Assembly (NCBI GenBank): GCA_963735805.1
Contig: CAVTMK010000002.1
Location: 15,012-79,011, forward strand
Length of the DNA stretch: 64,000 nucleotides
DNA from: an uncultured Verrucomicrobiae bacterium
GTDB taxonomy: Bacteria > Verrucomicrobiota > Verrucomicrobiia > Chthoniobacterales > UBA10450
Direction of reading: 5' to 3'
Of the stretch, positions 55,073 through 63,333 are shown one piece after another (the first letter of the stretch is position 1; every line of letters begins with the position of its first letter). Under the pieces are notes generated by a model. It was not told the DNA's origin and did no database searches. It worked only from the letters and a program-made list of their open reading frames with translations. Position numbers and translations under genes: made by a program.

Positions 55073-55375
55073 CGCTTCGACTGCGCCCGCTAGGTTTGCG
55101 TTTCCCTCAGTCCGCGAGACCGCCGCAGACGAGATGCTCAAACATGGCGCGCAGCCACCGAAAAAAAAATCGCTGCGCAACGGCAAAGGACGTTTTCGAT
55201 TTCCCGCGGACGTGCTCGCGAAAGGCGATCGAGACTTCACGTGCACGCGGCGTTCCTCCAGCGCGCACCATCGTTTTCGAAATCAATTTTTGAAACCGCT
55301 GGTTTGCGGCTCGAGTTCCAGTAACCGGGAACGACCGATGGCAAAGAAGCCGCACACCGAATCGGCAGTCCAAGG

Positions 55376-55451
55376 TGGAGCCGACGACGGGATTCGAACC
55401 CGTGACCTGCGGTTTACGAAACCGCTGCTCTACCAGCTGAGCTACGTCGGC
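55376..55451 (-). tRNA. tRNA-Thr (anticodon CGU), CCA encoded
   Basis: Reverse complement: GCCGACGTAGCTCAGCTGGTAGAGCAGCGGTTTCGTAAACCGCAGGTCACGGGTTCGAATCCCGTCGTCGGCTCCA. Folds with a perfect 7-bp acceptor, 4-bp D, 5-bp anticodon (loop TTCGTAA) and 5-bp T stems, and a TTCGAAT T-loop. Confidence 0.92.
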
Positions 55452-55502
55452 GTCGGCGGCGCAAACATTGCATCCCAATCCAGCATGAGCAAACCCACGG
55501 CC

Positions 55503-56426
55503 TCAGGGCAGAACGAACGTTTGGCCAATTTCGCGTAAGGCAATGCGTTCAGGAGTTTCGTTTAGAGCGGCCTGGAAGCGTTCGATCGGTTCCCGCGGTG
55601 GCTCGAAACTGAGACGGAACGTTTGGTGGTGCACCGGCATGATGAACCGCGCACCGGCTGCGGTTGCCATCGCCACTGCCTGTTCCGGCGAGCAGTGCGA
55701 TTGGATCCAGGGATTGTACGCGCCTATCGACATGATCGCGAGATCGACGTCTCCATCGCGTCGTAGTTTTGCGAAGCTCTCCGTCATCGCGGTGTCGCCA
55801 CCAAAAAGAATGCGCCGTCTCCCGCGATTATGGGATTCGATCAAATAGCCATTGTAACCGCGATGCATGTCCCGCTGGATTCGTGCTCCCCAATGTTTCA
55901 CTTCAAAGGCGGTGAGGATGAGAGTGCCGGCAACCGTGTTAAGAGATTTCTGCTCGCCCCAGCGAAGCTCCGTGATGTCGCGGAGACGTGTCCATCTCAA
56001 CAAGTCTGCCGTATTCGGAGCCGTTACTACGGCGGTGTTTTTGTCAAACCGGCGGAGGGTTCGCAAATCGAAATGATCGAAGTGCGCGTGGGATAGAAGA
56101 ATGAGGTCAATTCGAGGCAGTTCATGAAATTGGAGCGCAGGCGCGGTCAATCGCTTCGGACCAATGGTAAATCCGGGCAGCCGAATCCCGATACGCGGGA
56201 AAAGCACCGGGTCGGTCAGAATTTTAATGCCGAAGAAATTGATGAGCACGGTGGCGTGACCGATCCAGGTCGCCGTCACCCGAGCATCACTCCACTTCCA
56301 AGGCTCAGGCTTGGCGAAAGCGGGAGCGATTGGGCGCCAGCTTTCGATTGTCCATTCACGCCAAAGATGTGTCACCCAACGACGTACACGCGCGCTGCGA
56401 AAACTTGGTTGGTCGGGTTGTTTCAT
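55503..56426 (-). CDS. MBL-fold metallo-hydrolase (UlaG / NAPE-PLD-like)
   Basis: WIGHATVLINFFGIKILTDP, LLSHAHFDHFD and FGGDTA. Confidence 0.78.
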   Translation of the reverse strand: MKQPDQPSFRSARVRRWVTHLWREWTIESWRPIAPAFAKPEPWKWSDARVTATWIGHATVLINFFGIKILTDPVLFPRIGIRLPGFTIGPKRLTAPALQFHELPRIDLILLSHAHFDHFDLRTLRRFDKNTAVVTAPNTADLLRWTRLRDITELRWGEQKSLNTVAGTLILTAFEVKHWGARIQRDMHRGYNGYLIESHNRGRRRILFGGDTAMTESFAKLRRDGDVDLAIMSIGAYNPWIQSHCSPEQAVAMATAAGARFIMPVHHQTFRLSFEPPREPIERFQAALNETPERIALREIGQTFVLP

Positions 56427-56566
56427 TCAGCGGGCACACATGATTTGTGAAAGGGATGCGAAAAGGCATCGCACTCTGCAACACTTCGTGCGAAATGCAT
56501 CGAGAGGCTGTTCTCTGGTTGGGAGGCTTCGAGGGAGGCCCGAGCGCGTCCTGGCGTGGTTTTTAA

Positions 56567-57445
56567 TTAGACTCTGCTGAATAGTCCTTTGAAGGCGTTC
56601 CAGAGAGTGCGGGTTGTTGCTGGCTTGCCGGCCCGAGCAACGAGTACCGGACAATTGGCGCGGTTCAAAATGCTCCGGGTAAGATCGCCCATGATATAGT
56701 GGCGAAACAACCCGCGCGCCTGCGAGGTGCCGGTCACGATCAAATCGTAATCGCCGGCGCGGACTTCTTCGAAGACCTGGTCGATTACAATACCGTGCCT
56801 AAGGCGCACTTCAGCGGCAACACCAAAGCGTTCGAGCTGGGTTTTTTCAAGGCGCAGATTTGTTCCAAGCTCGGATTTCGATTCCAGCAACTGATCAACG
56901 TTCTCCTCCAACTGTACGAGATCGACGTAGATAGCAGGCGGCTCGGCCATCACGTGGAGAAGCGTGACCGATGCGCCGACAGCGGCCGCAATTACGCCGG
57001 TAAGTTGCACGGCTTGTTCGATAAATTCCTTTCCGCCTGTGCAAACGAGAAAGCGTTTCAACTGTTTGCGTTGACCAATTGCCACCAACACTGGCGGCTG
57101 AATCGCTTTGATCACTTCGTATGTTCGTTCAGAGCGCCAGTAATGCCCAGTCGCTCCAGTCCATCGCGCGCCGACGACAACAAGATCGTAGCCAGTGTTT
57201 GACGTTTGATCGAGAATCTGGCGTACCGGTTCGCCTGAGCGCACCGCGATATCCGGGTGCGCATCCCGGTTCCGCAGGATTTGCGCCTGTCTTTCAAGCG
57301 TTTCGCGCAATGGGCGCTCATCGCTCGACTTTTCGGCGATACCAAGAAGAGTGATTTGAGCTCTTAACGGGCCGGCCAATAAGGCCGCCAGTTCGATCGC
57401 ATTTTCGGAGGCCGGCATACCGTCGCTGCAAATCAAAATCTTCAT
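56567..57445 (-). CDS. Universal stress protein, tandem USP domains
   Basis: MKILICSDGMPASENA...LVVVGARW...; FLVCTGGKEFIEQA...LIVTGTSQARGLFRHYIMGDLTRSILNRANCPVLV. Confidence 0.78.
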   Translation of the reverse strand: MKILICSDGMPASENAIELAALLAGPLRAQITLLGIAEKSSDERPLRETLERQAQILRNRDAHPDIAVRSGEPVRQILDQTSNTGYDLVVVGARWTGATGHYWRSERTYEVIKAIQPPVLVAIGQRKQLKRFLVCTGGKEFIEQAVQLTGVIAAAVGASVTLLHVMAEPPAIYVDLVQLEENVDQLLESKSELGTNLRLEKTQLERFGVAAEVRLRHGIVIDQVFEEVRAGDYDLIVTGTSQARGLFRHYIMGDLTRSILNRANCPVLVARAGKPATTRTLWNAFKGLFSRV

Positions 57446-57450
57446 TGCAT

Positions 57451-58377
57451 TTACAATTTATGTCCGCTGAACATTGTGTAGATGACAATCACCGCGCCGA
57501 TCAGCGGCAATGGAACGAAAGCGAGCCGAATCTTAGGACCGGCGAAGTATTGCGTTGAGATAGCGCCGATCTGCGCGCCAACGGCCGCGCCGGTGTGCAT
57601 GACCAGCGCGATTAAGATGTCCACGTTGCCTTTCACTGCGTGACTAAAGGTGCCGTAACTGGCCGAGATGATGATTTCGAAAAGATCAGTGCCCACTGCG
57701 AGATGCGTGGGAACTCCGAGGACGTAGACCATGGACGGCATACGAATGTAACCGGCGCCGCCGCCGAGAAAGCCGCTGAATACTCCGCCGACAAAAGCGA
57801 CCAAAAGAATTATCCAAAGTGAAATTTCCTTTATCCCGGACGCCGGGAGGGAAATCATGGGCCAAATCTTGAGGCGTTGAATCGCGCGCGTGACCGGACC
57901 GAATGCCGAATGATCCTTTTTTGATTTGGCTCCTTTTGCAGCGCCGCGCGACGATCGTCCCTTTGATGACGACAAGGTCTTTCGGCTTTCCCAGATCATG
58001 AAAGCCGAAATGCTCACGTAGACGACGATGGAGACAATGCTTACCACAAAATTGATATTCCCCGCGCGCTTCAGCATCTGAATCGCCTGAGCGCCGACTT
58101 CCGCGCCAACGATCGTTCCCATGGCCATGATCAGCCCGAGACGTAGATCGACGTTTCCCATGGCGCGGTGCCTTCTAACGGCTACCACTGACTTTCCGAC
58201 GATATGCGCCAAATCGGTGCCAACTGCGAAATTCCAGTCCAACCCAGCCAGGCGCAGGGCCGGCCCTGCGATGAAACTTCCGCCGACTCCGAAGAAGCCG
58301 CCAAGAATACCGATAAGAAATCCGACCGTCACCAGATAGATAGGGCTGATGTGCGCGCCGGAAATTGGAAAAAACAT
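57451..58377 (-). CDS. TauE/SafE-family (DUF81) anion exporter / permease
   Basis: GILGGFFGVGGSFIAGPAL and GFLGGGAGYIRMPSMVYVLGVPTHLAVGT, an internal repeat with about 8 TM segments. Confidence 0.85.
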   Translation of the reverse strand: MFFPISGAHISPIYLVTVGFLIGILGGFFGVGGSFIAGPALRLAGLDWNFAVGTDLAHIVGKSVVAVRRHRAMGNVDLRLGLIMAMGTIVGAEVGAQAIQMLKRAGNINFVVSIVSIVVYVSISAFMIWESRKTLSSSKGRSSRGAAKGAKSKKDHSAFGPVTRAIQRLKIWPMISLPASGIKEISLWIILLVAFVGGVFSGFLGGGAGYIRMPSMVYVLGVPTHLAVGTDLFEIIISASYGTFSHAVKGNVDILIALVMHTGAAVGAQIGAISTQYFAGPKIRLAFVPLPLIGAVIVIYTMFSGHKL

Positions 58378-58381
58378 AGGC

Positions 58382-58624
58382 TTACTCGGAGCGGCCTCGA
58401 AGCAGGCGGATCAGAAACGTGGTCAAACCTTCAAGGAGAACGGCCTGACCTACGATTAACAAAATCGCTAGTCCGGCGTAGAGATATCGATGATGAATTT
58501 CGAGCTGATACAACCATTGTCCCAGGAAATGGAGCACCAGGAAAAAGTAGGCCGTGACAAGAAGCGCGTAGATTACGAGTTCAATCGCAAAGGCGCGGAC
58601 AGTCTTGACAGTTTCTTTTTTCAT
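58382..58624 (-). CDS. Small membrane protein (80 aa, 2 TM), first gene of the TauE-USP unit
   Basis: FAIELVIYALLVTAYFFLVLHFL and YLYAGLAILLIVGQAVLLEGL. The stop is 4 nt before the TauE start. Confidence 0.5.
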   Translation of the reverse strand: MKKETVKTVRAFAIELVIYALLVTAYFFLVLHFLGQWLYQLEIHHRYLYAGLAILLIVGQAVLLEGLTTFLIRLLRGRSE

Positions 58625-58647
58625 CAGAAGCGGTCGATGCGCTATCT

Positions 58648-58710
58648 CTTAACGTGTCAGCGGCACCTGGTGGTTGCGTGCAATCACGTTAAGGCGCAAA
58701 TTGTTTGCGC
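58648..58710. promoter_or_regulatory. Two adjacent inverted repeats in a divergent promoter region: CTTAACGTG-N28-CACGTTAAG, then GCGCAAA-TTG-TTTGCGC
   Basis: Read directly at 58648-58656 / 58685-58693 (9-bp perfect arms) and 58694-58710 (7-bp perfect arms, 3-nt spacer). They lie between the minus-strand start at 58624 and the ferredoxin start at 58756. Confidence 0.4.
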
Positions 58711-58755
58711 TGCGAGCGTTTCTTTCTAGCGTTCCACTCACTTTACGGGGAAACC

Positions 58756-58989
58756 ATGGCCGACGTCGCAAACAAATACGCCGAAAACGTACCGGGCAAA
58801 TTCTACGTCGATGATCAATGCATCGATTGCGATTTGTGCCGCGAAACTGCGCCTGCCAATTTCAAGCGGAACGATGACGGCGGTCACTCCTATGTCTATA
58901 AACAGCCGGAGACACCGGAAGAAGAGGGCCTTTGCAAAGAAGCGATGGAAGGTTGCCCGGTAGAAGCAATCGGCAACGACGGCGCGTGA
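58756..58989 (+). CDS. Ferredoxin (single Fe-S cluster type, 77 aa)
   Basis: GKFYVDDQCIDCDLCRETAP...EGCPVEAI. Confidence 0.8.
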   Translation: MADVANKYAENVPGKFYVDDQCIDCDLCRETAPANFKRNDDGGHSYVYKQPETPEEEGLCKEAMEGCPVEAIGNDGA

Positions 58990-59021
58990 ATAGTAGGGCG
59001 CGACCGATCGGCGCGCCGCGA

Positions 59022-59885
59022 ATGCGTGTGAATGCGCAAGCAAAAGCCGAACGCCCAACGGCCAGGGCCCGACGCCCGACTAAAAACGTTCCAGTCGCAC
59101 TAAGCATAGCGGGTTCCGACAGTAGCGCCGGAGCTGGTATTCAGGCTGATCTTAAAACCTTTTCGGCGCTCGGTGTTTATGGATTGACCGCCGTCACCTG
59201 TGTCGTAGCCGAAATTCCCGGAAAAGTTTCGCGAATTGAGCCGGTCACTGGAGAAATTGTTCGGGAGCAGACTGAAGTACTCGCAAAGAATTTTCCGATT
59301 GCGGCAATAAAGACTGGTCTGCTTTGCTCCGGCGAAATCATTTCTGCTGTTGCAAGGGCAATACGGGACATAGCCAAGATGCCTATGCCGCGGATTCCAC
59401 TGGTCATTGACCCGGTCTTTATCGCAACGAGCGGCGATCCTCTAATTGAACCGGCAGGTATCGAAACTTATGAAAAGGAATTGTTCCCACTCGCCAACTT
59501 AATTACGCCAAATCTTGACGAAGCGGGGCGGTTACTTGGAAGGAAGATCAAAGATCAACAATCGATGCATATTGCGGGGAAAGAGTTGCAGAACAAATAC
59601 GGAACCGGAATTCTTCTCAAGGGCGGTCACCTGCAGGGTGACTACGCGATCGATTTGCTCTTTGTCGAAGGAAAAGTCATCGAGTTTTCAGCCCCCAAAA
59701 CTTCCGGGGTGGCAACCCATGGCACCGGCTGCATTTATTCTGCCGCGATCACGGCTGGTCTTGCCCTGGGCCGACCTCTCGAAAAAGCGATCAGCGAGGC
59801 CAAGAAATTCGTGACCAAATCGATCCAGAATCATTTGCAATGGGGTGGCCTTCACGCGTTGAATCCAGGCATTGTAGAACTGTAA
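59022..59885 (+). CDS. thiD: Hydroxymethylpyrimidine / phosphomethylpyrimidine kinase
   Basis: VALSIAGSDSSAGAGIQADLKTFSALGVYG, IKTGLL, VIDPV, TPNLDEA and GTGCIYSAAITAGLA. Confidence 0.88.
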   Translation: MRVNAQAKAERPTARARRPTKNVPVALSIAGSDSSAGAGIQADLKTFSALGVYGLTAVTCVVAEIPGKVSRIEPVTGEIVREQTEVLAKNFPIAAIKTGLLCSGEIISAVARAIRDIAKMPMPRIPLVIDPVFIATSGDPLIEPAGIETYEKELFPLANLITPNLDEAGRLLGRKIKDQQSMHIAGKELQNKYGTGILLKGGHLQGDYAIDLLFVEGKVIEFSAPKTSGVATHGTGCIYSAAITAGLALGRPLEKAISEAKKFVTKSIQNHLQWGGLHALNPGIVEL

Positions 59886-59972
59886 TGGCAGGCATGTCGT
59901 ATGCGGAAAACACAAGGGCGTGCGCGCGGCATGACGCTCCCTTCAAACGCGGCGCTGGCTACTAGGCAGTCC

Positions 59973-60671
59973 CTACTGGTCCTTCTTCTCTTCTTCCCAA
60001 CGCTTTAACTGCATCGCTTCCAATGCGGCCACAGTTTCCGCTTGTTTTTTGCTGCGCCCGCTGCCCTGGCCCAGAACGATTCCCTCCCAAACAACCTGCG
60101 AGACAAATGTCTTCTCATGCTCTGGCCCGCTTTGTGAAACTAATTCATAAACCGGACTCCGCGGCGAGATGCTTTGGAGTAACTCCTGAAGCTGACCCTT
60201 TGGGTTTATGTCCACGGGTGTTTCCGCCAGTTGCTCGAGATCATCGCGGGTCTGCGTCAAAATGAACTCTTTCGCTGGCTCGAGACCGCCGTCGAGGTAG
60301 ATGGCGCCGATGAGCGCTTCAAACGCGTCGGCCAATGTGGATGTGCGTCCCCGTCCGCCGCTGCTTTCTTCGCCGCGTCCCATTAGAATGTAGCGCCCCA
60401 ACTCGAGCGTGGCAGCATGCGCCCTCAACGCCTCGCGAGAAACCAGCCGCGAGCGTAGTTTCGTGAGTTGACCTTCGGCTTCGGCTCGAAAATGCCGGAA
60501 CAGATACTCGGTAATAACAAGCTGCAGTACGGCGTCGCCCAAGAATTCCAACCGCTGATAATCAAAGTGGTGGCGTTGCGCTTCATGGCCGAGACTCGGG
60601 TGCGTAAGCGCCTCCGCCAGCAAAAGTGAGTTCCGGAATTTGTAGCCGATGCGTTCTTCGAGAGGTGTCAC
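59973..60671 (-). CDS. rnc: Ribonuclease III
   Basis: LLAEALTHPS, the signature ERLEFLGDAVL-like QRLEFLGDAVLQLVITEYLF, and the C-terminal dsRBD (PKGQLQELLQ, GSGRSKKQAETVAA). Confidence 0.92.
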   Translation of the reverse strand: MTPLEERIGYKFRNSLLLAEALTHPSLGHEAQRHHFDYQRLEFLGDAVLQLVITEYLFRHFRAEAEGQLTKLRSRLVSREALRAHAATLELGRYILMGRGEESSGGRGRTSTLADAFEALIGAIYLDGGLEPAKEFILTQTRDDLEQLAETPVDINPKGQLQELLQSISPRSPVYELVSQSGPEHEKTFVSQVVWEGIVLGQGSGRSKKQAETVAALEAMQLKRWEEEKKDQ

Positions 60672-60801
60672 TTCTTTGCCATTCTGAGCGAAATCAAAAA
60701 ATCTCTCAACTCAGTATAACGGTTGCGGTTTGCCTGCGTGGAACAAGGCTCCCGGTAACGACAAAACCAATGGACAACCAGATCCTCGAAGATGTGGTTT
60801 G

Positions 60802-61926
60802 TTATCGCTTTTGATAAACCTCGAGCGAGGTGATCACATCCAATGCACGCTGTAACACCGGATCGTGCGCTGGGGACTTCTCCGGCGCGCGGCCGCGGCG
60901 TTGCTGCGCTGCCTCGGCTGCTTCGACCTCAGGATTTGTTCCGGCTAACAGTGCCGCCTCGTTCATGTGCGGCCGGCCCCCTTCGTAGACAAAGGGCCCC
61001 ATTCCTTTTTCGCCGCTCAGTTGGAAAATCTGTCGTTTGTCTGCTGTCGACATCTCCACCGGCAAATCGGGTTTCACGCCGTCGGGATATAATGAACGGC
61101 CGTCAGGAGAAACCATTTCCGCTGCGGCAACGCGCAGAATCTTGCCACTCGGTAGAGACAAATCGGAATATTCAGCGGCGCGACCCGCAGTCGCTTGTCC
61201 GATGAGCAGCGCCCTATTGTAAAATCGCAGCGCAGCAGCGACCGCCTCGGCTGCACCAATCGTATCGGCGTCCGTAAGTACCATTACCAGGCCGCGAAAT
61301 GCCGGGTCGCGATCCGAACTGAAGACGCGGTCCTGACGAGCGGCCGGCTTGTGCAAGGTGAAAAGCGTTTTGCCCTTTGGACAAAACCGTTTTGCAAATT
61401 CGGCCGCCAACGCCAAATCAGGTGTTGCCTGACTGGCGCGAAGATCCACAATGAGCGCGTCCACGTTTTTCGCAGCGAAATTGCCAAGGCTCTTGTCCAG
61501 CGCTTGGAGGTTGGCTGCATTGAATGAACCGACACGCACGTAGCCGACGTGCCCGCCGATAATCTCACTGTAAAAGACGCTCCCTGCTTCCGTAGGCGCG
61601 TTTTCCTTGGCGGGCAAAAGCGTCACGCCGCGCGGCAACCGCACCATGAGGCCCTCGACCGTCGCCCGATTCAATTCGGTGTCGGTCGTTGCATCCGGAT
61701 TTGTAAAATTAGTTTTCAATAGCGTGATGACTGCCTGCAGGTCGGCCGGGCTTAACGAATTGACCAGGTCTTCTGCTGTCGGGCTGGCCGACGGCGAAGG
61801 CGACGCGGCGGCCGACGGTCCTGCCAGAGCTGGCTTGCCTGGAGCAACTACAGTCGGCGGAGTTTGCGCCACTGCGGTTATCGCCAGGACGAAGCTAATG
61901 AAGGACAACGATGTGGTTTGATGCAT
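60802..61926 (-). CDS. S41 (C-terminal processing peptidase)-like secreted protein, apparently lacking the Ser/Lys dyad
   Basis: Signal peptide MHQTTSLSFISFVLAITAVAQ. S41 core pattern GHVGYVRVGSF, ALIVDLR and VMVLTDADTIGAAEAVAAALRFYNRALLIGQATAGRAAEY (see finding). Confidence 0.65.
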   Translation of the reverse strand: MHQTTSLSFISFVLAITAVAQTPPTVVAPGKPALAGPSAAASPSPSASPTAEDLVNSLSPADLQAVITLLKTNFTNPDATTDTELNRATVEGLMVRLPRGVTLLPAKENAPTEAGSVFYSEIIGGHVGYVRVGSFNAANLQALDKSLGNFAAKNVDALIVDLRASQATPDLALAAEFAKRFCPKGKTLFTLHKPAARQDRVFSSDRDPAFRGLVMVLTDADTIGAAEAVAAALRFYNRALLIGQATAGRAAEYSDLSLPSGKILRVAAAEMVSPDGRSLYPDGVKPDLPVEMSTADKRQIFQLSGEKGMGPFVYEGGRPHMNEAALLAGTNPEVEAAEAAQQRRGRAPEKSPAHDPVLQRALDVITSLEVYQKR

Positions 61927-62005
61927 CGAAAACTAGATGCCGACCTATAACGCATTTTCTAATTGTGCGAAAATTCGAAATCCGGATACCGAAATAGGGA
62001 TTCTT

Positions 62006-63274
62006 TCAGTTAGTTGCGCACAGAGCAATATCGCGGCGGTAGTGGGAGTTTTCGAAATGAATGCGGGAGGTGGCCTCATATGCGCGTGCGCGTGCGGCTT
62101 CCAGTGTCGATCCAAGCGCGGTAACAGCGAGAACGCGACCGCCAGCACTTTTAATTTCGCCATCGGCGCGTTTAGTGCCTGCGTGAAAAATCTGAACGTT
62201 TTCGAGCTTTGCTGCATCGTCGAGACCCGAAATCGTTTTGCCAGTTTCGTATTTGTCAGGGTACCCGGCAGACGCGAGTACGACCGTAACTGCGGTGCGC
62301 GTGTCCCATTCAATCGCACACTTGCCGAGATTTCCGTCAATTGTCGCTTCCAACAGCGGTAGGAGATCGGATTTCATCCGGGGCAAAAGCGCCTGTGTCT
62401 CCGGGTCGCCGAAACGGCAATTAAACTCCAGGACGCGTAGGCCATCGCCGGTAATTATCAAACCCGGGTAAAGAAGCCCGCGAAATGTGATTTTTTCTTG
62501 TAGGAGCCCGCGAAGCACCGGTTGCATGATGTCCGCCTCGAATTGCGATTGCAGTTTCTTGTTCCAATTGTTGGCAGGGCTGAAAGCGCCCATCCCTCCC
62601 GTGTTGTCGCCCTCATCGCCATCCAGAGCGCGTTTGTGATCGCGCGCCGATTCCAGCAGACAGTAAGTGCTCCCATCGACCAGGGCGTGCAGCGAACATT
62701 CCGTTCCACTCAAAAAATCCTCGATCACGATACGCTGACCGGCGCCCGCAAAGCGACCTTGGTTCATCATTTCATCAACCGCGGATTTCGCGGCGGCAAC
62801 ATCGCTGGCGATGATTACTCCTTTTCCCAGGGCAAGGCCGTCTGCTTTGATTACAACAGGAAATTTTAGTCGTTCGCAATAATGCAGCGCTTCGCCGCTG
62901 TCGGAAAACGCCTTTGCCTGGGCGGTGGGGATTTTGTTCGCACGCATCAGTTCTTTCGCAAAAATCTTGGACGCCTCAATGCGTGCCGCCGACTTCGTCG
63001 GACCAAACACGCGCAATTTTTCACCAGTGAACAGATCCACAATCCCTGCGGCAAGAGGATCGTCCGGACCAACCACTGTCAGGTCGATACGGTTTTCCTT
63101 GGCGAAACGAGCAAGCGCCTTCAAATCACCAGCGGGAATGGACACATTTTCAGCAATCTCCGCAGTGCCTGCGTTCCCCGGTGCGCAAAAAATGCGCTCG
63201 GTTTGCGGAGATTGCTTCAGTTTCCAAGTCAGCGCGTGTTCGCGTCCGCCGCCGCCAATAAGCAGAATTTTCAT
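62006..63274 (-). CDS. purD: Phosphoribosylamine-glycine ligase
   Basis: MKILLIGGGGREHALTWKL, VVGPDDPLAAGIVD, VIKADGLALGKGV and NCRFGDPETQ. The track ORF extends to 63319. Confidence 0.93.
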   Translation of the reverse strand: MKILLIGGGGREHALTWKLKQSPQTERIFCAPGNAGTAEIAENVSIPAGDLKALARFAKENRIDLTVVGPDDPLAAGIVDLFTGEKLRVFGPTKSAARIEASKIFAKELMRANKIPTAQAKAFSDSGEALHYCERLKFPVVIKADGLALGKGVIIASDVAAAKSAVDEMMNQGRFAGAGQRIVIEDFLSGTECSLHALVDGSTYCLLESARDHKRALDGDEGDNTGGMGAFSPANNWNKKLQSQFEADIMQPVLRGLLQEKITFRGLLYPGLIITGDGLRVLEFNCRFGDPETQALLPRMKSDLLPLLEATIDGNLGKCAIEWDTRTAVTVVLASAGYPDKYETGKTISGLDDAAKLENVQIFHAGTKRADGEIKSAGGRVLAVTALGSTLEAARARAYEATSRIHFENSHYRRDIALCATN

Positions 63275-63333
63275 GACGAAAAGTAGCGTAACCGTGTCGG
63301 TTACACTGCGAATTCGCAAGCCCCAAGGCGGTA

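Noticed and set aside
55376-55451. tRNA-Thr as an integration site marking the right-hand border of a genomic island
   Set aside because: There is no integrase, no direct repeat of the tRNA 3' end and no abrupt gene-content change next to it. The stress island ends about 5 kb earlier, and it also lacks mobility genes on the oriC-proximal side.
55046-55478. ORFs 55107..55478(-), 55046..55246(-), 54952..55293(+) and 55035..55538(+) around the tRNA
   Set aside because: They overlap or run through the tRNA-Thr gene and have no protein-like features. The 300 bp between the carboxypeptidase gene and the tRNA appear non-coding. An inverted repeat GCGCAGC-N17-GCTGCGC at about 55152-55182 was noted, but it has no trailing U-run and no clear role.
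58625-59021. Search for a TPP (THI-box) riboswitch upstream of thiD
   Set aside because: No CTGAGA / ACCTGATCTGGATAATGCCAGCG-like core was recognisable. thiD follows the ferredoxin gene after 32 nt and is probably co-transcribed.
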